NCBI GenBank assembly: GCA_965217865.1
Contig: CBDCJO010000002.1
Coordinates: forward strand, 4,064,001-4,128,000
Source of the DNA: Candidatus Latescibacterota bacterium
GTDB taxonomy: Bacteria > Latescibacterota > UBA2968 > SICM01
Length of the DNA stretch: 64,000 bases
Direction: 5' to 3'
Of this stretch, positions 52,747 to 63,015 are shown in pieces. The notes under the pieces are model-generated. The model was given only the letters and a program-made list of their open reading frames with translations. It had not been told where the DNA came from and did not search any database. The position numbers and the translations under genes are program-made. Each line of letters begins with the position of its first letter. Position 1 is the stretch's first letter.

Positions 52747-53235
52747 ATGAATATGTGCAAACTATCCATTCTTTTGGTATCTGTTTTTCTGATGCTGAGT
52801 AATGTGAGACTCTACGCTCAAATCGTGGTGGTCGTGAATAGTAATAACCAGATAGATTCTCTTAGGTTGAGTGAATTGAGACGTATCTACCGGGCGGAGG
52901 TAACTGTGTGGGAATACGAAGAGGAAAAAGGATCAGATATTATACTCATCGATCATAAATACAAAACCAGAGCGGCCCGCCAATTCTATAAAAAGGTTGT
53001 GGGCTTATCGCAAGCAAGAATCCGTTTGGAGTGGATAGGCAGGTTGTTGAATGGAGAGCTTCAGAACTTACCCATTAAGCTGGTTTCAGAGATCGAGGTC
53101 TTGAAATATATCTCGCAACACGCTGGCGCAATTGGGTTCGTTCGCGTTGGCCAATTCAATTTATCAATAGGTTCGGTTAAGGCCGTAAAAATTGATGGAA
53201 AAGATTTTGAGAGTAAGGAGTATCCTATTCGATAA
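52747..53235 (+). CDS. Small periplasmic PBP / phosphate-binding-like protein
   Basis: Signal peptide; IVVVVNSNN..L..IY; VLKYISQHAGAIGFV. Confidence 0.8.
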   Translation: MNMCKLSILLVSVFLMLSNVRLYAQIVVVVNSNNQIDSLRLSELRRIYRAEVTVWEYEEEKGSDIILIDHKYKTRAARQFYKKVVGLSQARIRLEWIGRLLNGELQNLPIKLVSEIEVLKYISQHAGAIGFVRVGQFNLSIGSVKAVKIDGKDFESKEYPIR

Positions 53236-53345
53236 ACTCGAATGTCGAGTATTTGCGGGAACATGGTTAAATTATTCCTGCCGAAACGGACGATTGGCAA
53301 TTGAGTCTCTCTGGACATCTCGTAATACCTAGGCTGAGGCAAATT

Positions 53346-55598
53346 ATGATACAAGGATTCAAGAATCTGCCGATACGACTGAAGATATCCAGTATTGCTA
53401 CAGTGGTACTTCTGTTGATTTCCTCTTTTGTGTTCCTCTACTTTCCACTAAAACAAAAGGCGCAGGTAACAAGGGCTTTGCAAAACAAAGCAGAGAGCAC
53501 AGCCCAAATGATAGCTAGCGGTGTATCGCTGGCCTTGGGAGAAGGGGATTTGGACTTTGTTCATCAGCTTTTCATTCTTGCGAGGAAGGACTCAGCCATC
53601 GTCTACCTTGGGGTATTGGATGAAAATGGGTCTCAACTCATTTCCTATAACCCCTATAACGTTCTAATACCCTCAAGGTTTGAAGCGGATGCTGGCACCT
53701 TTGAACACAACCAAGTATTACACACAAGAGTCCCTTTACCGATTGAGGAGGGTATACAAGGAAACTTAATCGTTGGCTTCTCACTGGAAGATCGAGATCA
53801 AGAGATCGCCCAAATCCGCTTGGTAGGATTTTTGCTCAGCGCAGCAATCTTTTTGTTAGGCCTATTAATGTCTAGTTACTTGAGCCGACTGATAACCACC
53901 CCCATACAAAGGCTTGTTAAGAGTGTAAATCAGATTGGATCTGGAGGACATTACAGTAACGTAATTGAAAAAGACAGTACAGATGAAATGGGAATACTCA
54001 TAGATGCCTTCAACGATATGAGTGCAAAGATCGAAACGCGTACCATGGAACTGCAACGGTCAGAGGTGCAGATGGAGGCTGTATTAGATACCGTTGGCGA
54101 AGGGATTATCGCAGTAGATGAGAGCTTAAACATTGTTATGGTCAATCAAGAGGCGGTCAATATTTGGAGATGTGGCCATAATGAATTGATCGGTGAAAAT
54201 CTACAGATGCTGATAAAACAGGAGAATCGTGATAAAATAGGTAATGGCTTGGTGCCAGATTTGAATGGGGCCTCTTCGATGCTGGGACAGTGGATGGAAC
54301 TTGAAGGACTTAGAAAGGATGGGTCAGAGTTTCCATTAGAGATCAATATTTCCCAAACAAAGATCGGTGAGCGCCTCCTCTTTACGGCAGCAGTAAGAGA
54401 CATTACCTCGCGGAAGCAGGCCGAGGAGCGCATCCTAGCGCAGGAGAGGCTGGCTTCGGTAGGTCAGCTTGCGGCAGGGATCGCACACGATTTCAACAAT
54501 ATGCTGACAGTTATGACGGGCTTTGCCGAGATTCTGAGGATGCGCTCCGATATATCTGATTACGTCAAGGGGCGTCTTGAGGTGATGATTCAACAGGGCA
54601 AACGTGCAGCACAACTGATAAGCCAAATCCTGGATTTCAGTCGCAAGACCGTTGCCGAGCGACAACCTACGGACTTGGAGCCATTCTTGAAGGAGGCCGT
54701 GAACCTATTTGATCGCACGATGCCAGAAACCATTCAAGTGGTGACCGAAGTTAGGAGAGGAAACTATATCGTCAACGCGAACATGACCCAGCTCCAGCAG
54801 GCCATCACCAATCTGGCGGTTAACGCCAGAGATGCGATGCCAGAGGGTGGAGAACTTCGAATCGGGCTCTCTCTCCTGCGTCTGGAGCCCGGCGACTCCG
54901 TGCCGATTGGATCCTCCACTTCCAGCATTGCTGCTCCTGACGTGGAGCCTGGCAATTGGGTGGTGTTAAAGGTATCTGATACCGGTGTAGGGATGCCGCC
55001 GGAAGTAGTAGCGCGCATCTACGAGCCGTTCTTCACGACCAAACAACCCGGAAAGGGGACCGGTCTTGGACTGGCCCAGATTTACGGCATCGTGAAGCAG
55101 CACGACGGGTATATCGACGTGGAGAGCGAAGTAGGAAAGGGTACATTCTTCACAATCTACCTACCCCAAGCTATAGAGGAGGTCACCCATGTGGAGGAAC
55201 AGGAAACAACCCTCTCGAGAGGTCTCGGGGAGACGATCCTGATGGTGGAGGACGATCCTCAGGTTGGAACGGTGGTCAAGGAAATGCTGGAGCAATTGAA
55301 CTACCGGGTGGTCACGGCATCGAACGGCCGAGAAGCACTTGAGGTTTACGATACGCAACGCGACCAAATCGGGCTTGTGCTTACGGACGTGGTGATGCCG
55401 GACATGGGCGGCCTGGATCTGTTTGAGGCGCTGATAGAGAAAGACCCGAAAGTTCTGGTGGTGGTGATGACGGGGTATCCTTTGGGAGAGGTGGGCCCGA
55501 TTCAGCTACCCGAAGGTGTCAAAGCATTTTTGCAGAAGCCCCTTAGCCTTAACCAGGTGAGCAAGACGCTGAACAATGTACTGGCCAGAGAACGGTAG
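53346..55598 (+). CDS. Hybrid sensor kinase (TM-periplasmic-HAMP-PAS-HisKA-HATPase-REC)
   Basis: DEMGIL..FNDM, RKDGSEFP, AHDFNNML, NARDAM, GTGLGL, VEDD..TDVVMP. Confidence 0.94.
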   Translation: MIQGFKNLPIRLKISSIATVVLLLISSFVFLYFPLKQKAQVTRALQNKAESTAQMIASGVSLALGEGDLDFVHQLFILARKDSAIVYLGVLDENGSQLISYNPYNVLIPSRFEADAGTFEHNQVLHTRVPLPIEEGIQGNLIVGFSLEDRDQEIAQIRLVGFLLSAAIFLLGLLMSSYLSRLITTPIQRLVKSVNQIGSGGHYSNVIEKDSTDEMGILIDAFNDMSAKIETRTMELQRSEVQMEAVLDTVGEGIIAVDESLNIVMVNQEAVNIWRCGHNELIGENLQMLIKQENRDKIGNGLVPDLNGASSMLGQWMELEGLRKDGSEFPLEINISQTKIGERLLFTAAVRDITSRKQAEERILAQERLASVGQLAAGIAHDFNNMLTVMTGFAEILRMRSDISDYVKGRLEVMIQQGKRAAQLISQILDFSRKTVAERQPTDLEPFLKEAVNLFDRTMPETIQVVTEVRRGNYIVNANMTQLQQAITNLAVNARDAMPEGGELRIGLSLLRLEPGDSVPIGSSTSSIAAPDVEPGNWVVLKVSDTGVGMPPEVVARIYEPFFTTKQPGKGTGLGLAQIYGIVKQHDGYIDVESEVGKGTFFTIYLPQAIEEVTHVEEQETTLSRGLGETILMVEDDPQVGTVVKEMLEQLNYRVVTASNGREALEVYDTQRDQIGLVLTDVVMPDMGGLDLFEALIEKDPKVLVVVMTGYPLGEVGPIQLPEGVKAFLQKPLSLNQVSKTLNNVLARER

Positions 55599-55815
55599 CC
55601 ACTCAAGGGCATCAGGTATCCACCGCGAAGCCGTGGAGTCTTAACCCGTGATGGAGGGAAACCACCGTTAAAATTAATCGTTAAATGCCCTTCTATATCT
55701 CCTTCGTTAGGATTTCGAGCTGTGGAGTCAAATTCTACCACGCTCACAGATACACAGCCATAATGAATCAGAATAATGGCCAACAGAGCAGTTGTGAGGA
55801 TTTTTATGAGGTCTT

Positions 55816-55872
55816 ATGCGGGTATTGATTGTTGATGATGAGTTTTGTTACATTTCCTTATTGAACTGGTGA
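55816..55872 (+). pseudogene. Response regulator 5' remnant
   Basis: GAGG RBS then MRVLIVDDE, followed by unrelated sequence and a stop. Confidence 0.5.
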
Positions 55873-55944
55873 ACTTTTAAAGTGGCTACCTTTGTCGAGT
55901 CGGGCATCACCTTCGAGTTTTCGCTTTCATCTCCGAGCCCTGCT

Positions 55945-57900
55945 CTACGCACTTCCCTCTTTGCGCTTCTTTAGAGCCGCCTCGATGCGCGGAATCCAGT
56001 CCTCCGCCTCCCGGGCCAGTGCCATGACAGGAAAAGGGTCCTCGTCGCTCGGTTCGACCTGTGGAAAGAGCAGCTTTTCGGGCCCCAGCACCGGACCCTT
56101 CATATCCAGTACGATCCCCCGCATTGCGGCCAGTGTTCTTCGCGCACGTCGGGACGTCCCGACCTCGCAGTCCCTGATCTTTTCCTCCACCGTGTCCAGG
56201 AAGCCAGGCAATCCTTGCCAGAACGACCGATGGTCTCGAAGTCTTTGCACGCATCCCTCCCAGAACGCCACATCCCTTTTCTGAACCCATTCTTCCAGTG
56301 TACTTCCCCCTGATTTGATGGGCCAGTTGCGTCCCTGCCATGTCCCCGAGACTTTGTGAACAACCTCAACCAGCTCCATCAAAAGATCCGTCATCTCCTC
56401 CGGGACCAGAGGATCGAAAAATTTCTGGTGGAGAGCCTTGCGAAAGTCTTCCATGCTTAGTTCCCTGTCCCAGGTGAATAGATTGAAACCAAACTGTGTG
56501 GCGCGGAAGCATAGCTCCTGCCCGTCGTAAGGCACGTCGTAATCGTGCCACAGGTTTGTCGTCTGGTACCAGCCGGGATCGCATTCGCTCACCACCCCCA
56601 CCATCCCGTCTGCAGCCGCTTCCTGACATTTCTCACTTATGTCCTCAAAGGACATCCGGTTGGCCGGAACCCACACTACGGCATTCGAAAAGTAGTGCTT
56701 GGGTGGAACTTTCGTGCCTCCTCGGGCAGGCATCCCGCCGGGCTGGGGCCGGCAGACCCACACCGTGAATCTCGGATCATCCATGCGGGAGATCTTCTCC
56801 AGATAGTTTACGTCCGTAGAGGCATTGCGGTATCCCAGCGTGATGGAGAGCTCCAGGTCGGGCTTGATCTTCCAGAGGCGTTCGAACAACTCCTCCAGAT
56901 AGCTTGCGAGCGATTCGCAGAACTGGCGGCTGCCGTCCTCGTCGATGACCCTCAAACAGAGTTCGCAGTCACAGCCCCCGTCCTCACCCCTGACCTCGAG
57001 CGCAAGACCTTCCACCCCCGGAAACGTCTCGAGGATTTCCGTCACATACTTTGTCGCGTACTCCCTGGATGCAGGGAAACTCGGACACCGGGATCGTACC
57101 TCCGGGTCTTCCCTGGTGCTGTGTGTATAATGCCATTCAAAAAGCCCAGTGTGCAGGTGAAGCTTGATCCCGCGTTTCCGAGCGTACGCGATGAGCTCTC
57201 GAATGGCATTATTGTTCATGGGACTGTCGCCGTAGCCCCAGGTGTAATCGCGTTTCCGTTCAGAATCCGTCTGTTCTGCCCAGAAGGAATCGGGGACGGA
57301 TTTCGAACGGTACATTCCCGAAATCCAGAACCACTGCCTGTTGAGCCCTGATGCCGCGAAATTGTCGATGACTCCCTTCCACCCCTCCGGGCTGTTCTTG
57401 GCCGCATTACCCCAGCAGGTCAGATTGTAAGCCGATCGATACCCGAAGTCCGGAACCTTCGAGAGCTCCTTTCCTTCAAGCACCAGACTCCGGCCTTCAG
57501 GGAGCCAGGCCCGATCAATCAGGTGTTGAACGCCGTACCGGACCCCGGCTTCAGTCCCTCCGACCACCGCCAGAACAGGCCTCCCGTTCCAAACTGCGCC
57601 CCTTAGGGCGAAGCCCTCCTCTCCCAGCCACTCGAGATTCAGATCCAGGTCCGACTCAAGCTCCTTTAGTATGGGATGTGTTTCAGGCTTGCCGAGCACA
57701 AGCAGCCCACACGACATTTTCCCGATCCGATCGGTCTCCTTTGCCGGAATACGGCGCGCCATTTCTCGACCTACAGCGTCCTGAAAGGTACTGACCGCAT
57801 CCTCGCAACTCCCGTCCCCCGGGGGAACCACGATGCAGGACACAGTCCCGTCGTCAAGGACCATCAGATTAAATTGCCTGGACCTGTAATTCGTCGCCAT
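55945..57900 (-). CDS. Hypothetical glycoside-hydrolase-like protein (GH20/GH67-type N-domain plus barrel)
   Basis: LGEEGF.LR..VVGGTEAGVRYGV..P.FGYR; CDCELC motif; GAGGAGG RBS. Confidence 0.7.
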   Translation of the reverse strand: MATNYRSRQFNLMVLDDGTVSCIVVPPGDGSCEDAVSTFQDAVGREMARRIPAKETDRIGKMSCGLLVLGKPETHPILKELESDLDLNLEWLGEEGFALRGAVWNGRPVLAVVGGTEAGVRYGVQHLIDRAWLPEGRSLVLEGKELSKVPDFGYRSAYNLTCWGNAAKNSPEGWKGVIDNFAASGLNRQWFWISGMYRSKSVPDSFWAEQTDSERKRDYTWGYGDSPMNNNAIRELIAYARKRGIKLHLHTGLFEWHYTHSTREDPEVRSRCPSFPASREYATKYVTEILETFPGVEGLALEVRGEDGGCDCELCLRVIDEDGSRQFCESLASYLEELFERLWKIKPDLELSITLGYRNASTDVNYLEKISRMDDPRFTVWVCRPQPGGMPARGGTKVPPKHYFSNAVVWVPANRMSFEDISEKCQEAAADGMVGVVSECDPGWYQTTNLWHDYDVPYDGQELCFRATQFGFNLFTWDRELSMEDFRKALHQKFFDPLVPEEMTDLLMELVEVVHKVSGTWQGRNWPIKSGGSTLEEWVQKRDVAFWEGCVQRLRDHRSFWQGLPGFLDTVEEKIRDCEVGTSRRARRTLAAMRGIVLDMKGPVLGPEKLLFPQVEPSDEDPFPVMALAREAEDWIPRIEAALKKRKEGSA

Positions 57901-58292
57901 CGCATCCTCTCCTCTTCAGTGTCTGTCTCCTACTCTTCCCCGATCCCTGCTCCATACATCGCAAACATCACGAACATACAAAATCCTTGCCTTCGGTAAA
58001 GGGTTTTGGCCAAGTCGTTCTTGAACATAACGCAAATTCGTTCACGTTCCAAGCAGGTGGGAAAAGCTCCCGGTGAAAATGATTCTTCACAGCTGTATCA
58101 AATCAATGTTATGTGGGTTGATAAGGGGTAGGACGACGTCATGAGGTGGTATAATTTACACATAGATCGAAAATCCCGGGACCCTTTCAGTCTTGATTTC
58201 TATAAAAGATTCCTTATATTCCTGTGTGTTGAAATGCGTTTGAGTTCTGAAATGGATTCAACTTCCTCTGGATCAGAAGAATAAGCCTATTG

Positions 58293-58365
58293 GGCCCGTT
58301 CGTCCAGAGGCCTAGGACGCAGGCCTCTCACGCCTGTAACACGGGTTCGAATCCCGTACGGGCCA
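58293..58365 (+). tRNA. tRNA-Glu(CTC)
   Basis: Acceptor GGCCCGT/ACGGGCC; anticodon arm CAGGC-CT-CTC-AC-GCCTG; T arm ACGGGTTCGAATCCCGT. Confidence 0.95.
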
Positions 58366-58381
58366 AAAAGAATATGTGTAA

Positions 58382-58412
58382 GAAAAGGGGAACCCCCAGG
58401 GGTTCCCCTTTC
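58382..58412. terminator. Terminator after tRNA-Glu
   Basis: AAAGGGGAACCCC-CA-GGGGTTCCCCTTT. Confidence 0.8.
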
Positions 58413-58583
58413 AATTTGGTCTAAACGACCAAACGTTTCGCCCGGATCCCTCTTCTTGCTATGCCTTCGAAAGAATCTTCCCCCCCTTTACCTTTCTGGC
58501 CTTTTTCCGACGAAGCAGTTTCCGACGCTGCCGTAATCCTCTCCGCTTAATCTTGGTTCTCACAGTGATCCCTCCAGTTTTTT

Positions 58584-59445
58584 TCAGTGACCGTCTGCCA
58601 ATTGCAGGCTGTTCCATATATCGTCCGCAGGTTTGAGCACTGCGCCTTGATCTTCGGACTCCGTTGAGATTACCACAATGACCGCCCCGGGAGCGAGCCC
58701 CGAGCGCCGTAAGCGATGCACTTTTCCACCGGCGGCCTGCGGAGTGTCAAAACCCTCGATCACGACCCGGGTCAAACCGGATCCCGAGGTCGGCAGGGTT
58801 CGGGGCCCGTATCCCGACTTCCTCAGGCGCTGCGCCATCCTTTGGGCTTCCCGTTTATCTCGATAATCACCGACCTGGACGGCGAACCGATGCTCGATCG
58901 GGGGGGAGACCGACCGAGCATCGGAGGCCGCTGGCTCCTCAAGCGATCGATCGGATCGGTTGATGGAGCTTTGCCCGTGCCCCTCTCTGGGGGAGGATGG
59001 GAGGGGGTTAGGCTGTTTGACCAATCCCACGGATTTAACCGCTGGAATTTGACGATCCCCTGAAGGAATTTCTGGATGATATGCCGCGAGGAGACTTGTC
59101 TTCGGGTTTGGTTTCTTTCCCCCCATCTTCACCCGTTCCTCGGATGGACGGCTGGGCGATGGGCGAGTGGGAGGCGTCCTCTCGAAAAGGCCGATCTGCC
59201 AGAGCACTCCGATCAGGACAAGCGTTATCAATATCAGGTAGAGGAGAAGCTTTGCGGTCAGCCCCAACAGGGATGGACCCTTTTCGTCCTCGGATGGGGC
59301 TTCACCCTGATCTTCCTCCTCTTCCTCCGAAAGGAACAAACCCCTTACTTTCCCCAGGAGGTCGGTTGCGGGCTTCAATTTCTTTTTGAACTTCTCAAAA
59401 CGGGTAAGTTCTTTATGTTCGGATCCATAAGCATAGTAGGTATAG
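58584..59445 (-). CDS. Tyr cluster, TM helix and SPOR domain; probable C-terminal part of the Wzc gene
   Basis: Frame is open upstream of 59378 (YTYYAYGSEHKELTRFEKFKKK); FAVQVGDYRD..A..MA.RL..G SPOR motif. Confidence 0.7.
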
Positions 59446-61584
59446 TTAGCGGAGATCCTGGAAATCCTCGCTTACATCGGCTCGGAGGCCGTTGAGGATG
59501 ACGCCCAGGACCGGGATGTTGACGTTGTCCATCTGAAGCTTTGCCCGTCGCAAAGCCCCACGGGATATCTGGCCGATTTTGTAGACCAGAAGGACTCCGT
59601 CCAGTTTCGTTCCGAGCACGGTTGCATCTGTGGCCTGGAGGATCGGAGGGGAGTCGAACAGGACGATGTCGTATTCCTCTCGTACCTGTGCAATAAACGC
59701 GTCCATCCGTTGGGAGTCGGTGATCTCAGCCGGGTTGGGGGGGATAGCACCGCTAGTGATGATGTTCAAGTTGTCCATCCCCGGGGTCAGCATGATGTCC
59801 TCCATCCCGATCCCGCCGGTCATGATGTCGGTCACCGTGCGAACGACGTCCTTCCAATCGTAATTTCCGAGTATGACATCCGTGAGCCCCGGCTCTCTAT
59901 CAAGGCCGAAAGTCCTGTAGATCGTAGGCCGCCTGAGGTCGCAATCCACGAGTAGAACGCGATTTCCCGCCTGCGCCATGGCGAGGGCGAGGTTTGCGAT
60001 CGAGACGCTCTTTCCCTCCTGGTTGGAGGCGCTTGTTACGGAGATGGCCTTGGCCCCACGCTCGACGTTGACGAACTGAATATTGGTGCGGAGCGCACGG
60101 TAGCTTTCCGCCAGAGTGGATTGCGGGTCGAAGTGGGCTGCCAGCCGGGAGCGCCTATCGAGTGTCTCGTTATCGCTAGCGGGCACCCCTTTTCGGATGA
60201 GAGATTCCTTGACATCGTCGATGTCGATCTGCGGGATGATACCGACCACGGATACACCAAGATATTCCTCGACATCCTCGATTGTTCCGATGGAGGTGTC
60301 CATCGTCTCGGCGATGAAGGCGAAAACGACTCCCAGAATCAGGCCCATGATGGTCCCGACCGCCGAAGTCGTGGTGGGATCGGAGGGGTTGGTGGGTGAA
60401 CCCGGCCTCAGGGCCCTCTGGATGATTTCGACCTCCTGGATCTCTTCCTTGCTTCTGATTTCCGCTTCCTGTGCCCGCTGCTCATAAAAGACAAGGAGTT
60501 CGTTCTTAAGCGAGAGCGCCTGTTCTAAACCGGCGAACTGGAGACCTATTTCCGGGAGTCGGTGATACTCCTTCTTGAGGTCATTCACCTTGGACTGCTG
60601 GATCAGCTCCCGTCGGCGGAGGGCTTCCCGCCGATTCCGGAGCGACTGGACCATGTTCCTGATGAGTTCATTCTTCCTGATGTCGATCTCATGCACCTGC
60701 GGGTGCTGGTTCGTAAACTCGATGAGAAGGGTATTTCGCTGCGCGTTGAGGTCATTCAACTGGGAGTTGAACTTGGCAAAGACCCCGCCCCCCTCGCTTG
60801 GGAGAATCGTCGCAAGGGTGGTTTCGGAGACGGCATCCGGGCTCCCCAGGTTTTTCAACACCTGGCCGATATTCTCGATGGCCGATTGTGTCACACCGAG
60901 GAGCTCTTCCGCACTGTTCAGCTGGCCCAGGACCTGTCCGGTCTGCGTGTCCACGTCCATCATGTTCTCCCGCTGCCGGAACTCTTTAATCCTCCGGGCG
61001 AGGTGGGCCACGCTGTCCCTCACGCTATCGCGCTGACTGAGGATGAATTCACGGGTTTTGAATGCCTGCCTGTTGGTGGTCTCCCGGTTATAGTCCCGAT
61101 AGGCAGCGGCTACTGCGTTTGCCAGGTTCCGTGCGGAATCGGCGTTGGCCGAAGTCGCGTTGATGTTGATGATGCTTGTCAGGCCATCGATACTGGTGGC
61201 GACTTTATTCTTAATCCCGAGGATTGCCGTGATCCGCTTCTCCTCCCTTACCGATGAGGTTAAGGCCTCCGTGGTATCCAGCCTCCCGGTCCGGATGGCC
61301 ACGCGCTCGAGGACCTCGTAGCTGGTGATGATCTCCTTCTGTGTGTCCAGATCGTCGATTCCACTGTAGTAGCTGACCGAGGTGCCGAAGCCGAACGGAT
61401 TTTCAGCCACTTCACTGATCTGGAAGCGCACCTTGGCGTCTGCCTTGAAGATGGGAGCCGGCTTGGAGGCCAACGAAGCGACCAAGCTGAACAGGCCCAG
61501 CATCAAGCCTGCGAAAACGATAATCGTCTTCCGCTTGCGTACGATGCGCCAGTAGTCTCGAAGGTTGACGTCGTATTGAGGCAT
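59446..61584 (-). CDS. wzc: Polysaccharide co-polymerase / tyrosine autokinase (Wzc/GumC family)
   Basis: VNLRDYWRIV, Wzz-like TMs, AESYRALRTN, QEGKS, VDCDLRRP, FDSPP. Confidence 0.9.
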   Translation of the reverse strand: MPQYDVNLRDYWRIVRKRKTIIVFAGLMLGLFSLVASLASKPAPIFKADAKVRFQISEVAENPFGFGTSVSYYSGIDDLDTQKEIITSYEVLERVAIRTGRLDTTEALTSSVREEKRITAILGIKNKVATSIDGLTSIININATSANADSARNLANAVAAAYRDYNRETTNRQAFKTREFILSQRDSVRDSVAHLARRIKEFRQRENMMDVDTQTGQVLGQLNSAEELLGVTQSAIENIGQVLKNLGSPDAVSETTLATILPSEGGGVFAKFNSQLNDLNAQRNTLLIEFTNQHPQVHEIDIRKNELIRNMVQSLRNRREALRRRELIQQSKVNDLKKEYHRLPEIGLQFAGLEQALSLKNELLVFYEQRAQEAEIRSKEEIQEVEIIQRALRPGSPTNPSDPTTTSAVGTIMGLILGVVFAFIAETMDTSIGTIEDVEEYLGVSVVGIIPQIDIDDVKESLIRKGVPASDNETLDRRSRLAAHFDPQSTLAESYRALRTNIQFVNVERGAKAISVTSASNQEGKSVSIANLALAMAQAGNRVLLVDCDLRRPTIYRTFGLDREPGLTDVILGNYDWKDVVRTVTDIMTGGIGMEDIMLTPGMDNLNIITSGAIPPNPAEITDSQRMDAFIAQVREEYDIVLFDSPPILQATDATVLGTKLDGVLLVYKIGQISRGALRRAKLQMDNVNIPVLGVILNGLRADVSEDFQDLR

Positions 61585-61679
61585 AGTGGAAATGAAAGGT
61601 GAAAAGTGAATAATGCAAATTGCAAAATGAAACTGCGTGTTCAGGACCCGATATTACAGTTTGATTTCCGCAACAATCA

Positions 61680-62799
61680 CTAATCCTCGTTTTTGGGATC
61701 CGCCGGTTTCGGTGCGGATGGAACACCGGTCGAGACCCCCGCTGCACCGAGGCCCGTCCCCGCCGGCACGGAGAGGGTCTGGCCCGGTTGGAAAGATACG
61801 CCCCCAGGGCCCTCGACGATTGGGATGATACCCGCCCCTGATGTGTAGGCGGAAACGATCGTCGCCGGGAGGAACAGGGCATCCAGGATAGGCTCGACGA
61901 GGGATATGACGTGGTTCACGTCGGCCAGAACCTCTCGACCCACGTGGACGACGTCCCCTTGCTCGAGCACCATGTTCTGAGAGGGATCGCCTCTGTAAAG
62001 CTTCCGGGCGTTGACGGAGTAGATCGTCGGGTTATGCGGATTTTCACCCGTCCGGATGACGTGGACCCGACCCTCCGAGCACAAAGACTCGCCGGTCACC
62101 GTGGCCCGCCCCGGCGATAAACAGGATATCACCGTGTTCCACGATGACGTTCTGAGAGTTGTCCCCTTCGGTGAGAGCTTTTCGAAGGTTGAGAGCGTAG
62201 GTCCTTCCCCCCCGTGTCAGGCGGACTTCTTCGAGGCGAGCGTCGGGTTCGGCCCCTCCTGCATCCAGGATCTTCGACAGGGCCCTGGTGCGTCCCTGCA
62301 GGGGGTAGATGCCGCTGCCTCTCTTTTGGCCCCCCACGGCACCTACGGGTATGGAGATGGCTCCGAGGAGAAGCACCCGCTTGCTCACGTATTGTTCGAC
62401 CTTGACCCCGATCCCTGGGGATCGTATGTAGCGGGACATATCCCGGTTCAGGACCTTTTTTAACTGCGAAGGCGTCAATCCCTCGGCCTGGATGTCGAAG
62501 AGGATAGAGAAGGATATCTCGCCTTCCGGACCTACCTCCATCTTTTCAGTGACATTCTCACCGACCCGATGCAGGGTGACTTCGAGGATGTCACCGAATC
62601 CGATGATGTATTCCGGAACTCCGGCCACGAGCTTGAAAGGGAGGTTTTTGGGGTCTGAGTGTATAATATGGCCTCTCGAACCCCGAATCACGTCGGTTGT
62701 GTCAACCGGGATGGTCTCCTCGATCGCCAGGACGGTCATTGGCAGTCCTATTGTCATCGAAGTCGATAAGAGGAAGATATACAATCTGTTATTATTCAT
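61680..62799 (-). CDS. wza: Polysaccharide export protein (Wza/SLBB); broken near 62070, apparently by a deletion
   Basis: EYIIGFGDIL, AEGLTPSQL, SLBB repeats; the second SLBB jumps from VFVLG to RVHVIR with a frame change. Confidence 0.75.
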
Positions 62800-62861
62800 T
62801 TTGAAATTCCCGCTTTAGGAGTCTAAACTGTTCACAATTTTAACCTGTCTGTCTAGTTTTG

Positions 62862-62908
62862 GTCTAATATAGACTATTATACGTGCCCTGTCAAGTCTAA
62901 AATAGACT
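62862..62908 (-). promoter_or_regulatory. wza promoter (TTGACA-17-TATATT) with two GTCTA-N3-TAGAC palindromes
   Basis: -35 at 62894-62889, -10 at 62871-62866; palindromes at 62862-62874 and 62895-62907. Confidence 0.7.
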
Positions 62909-63015
62909 ATTTTAAACAAATATTACCTGATAATTTTCCTGCAAACGGCTATAATCCTTTTTAATCAATTATAATCAATATATTATATATGGTCCATTTC
63001 AGACCATTATGGATT

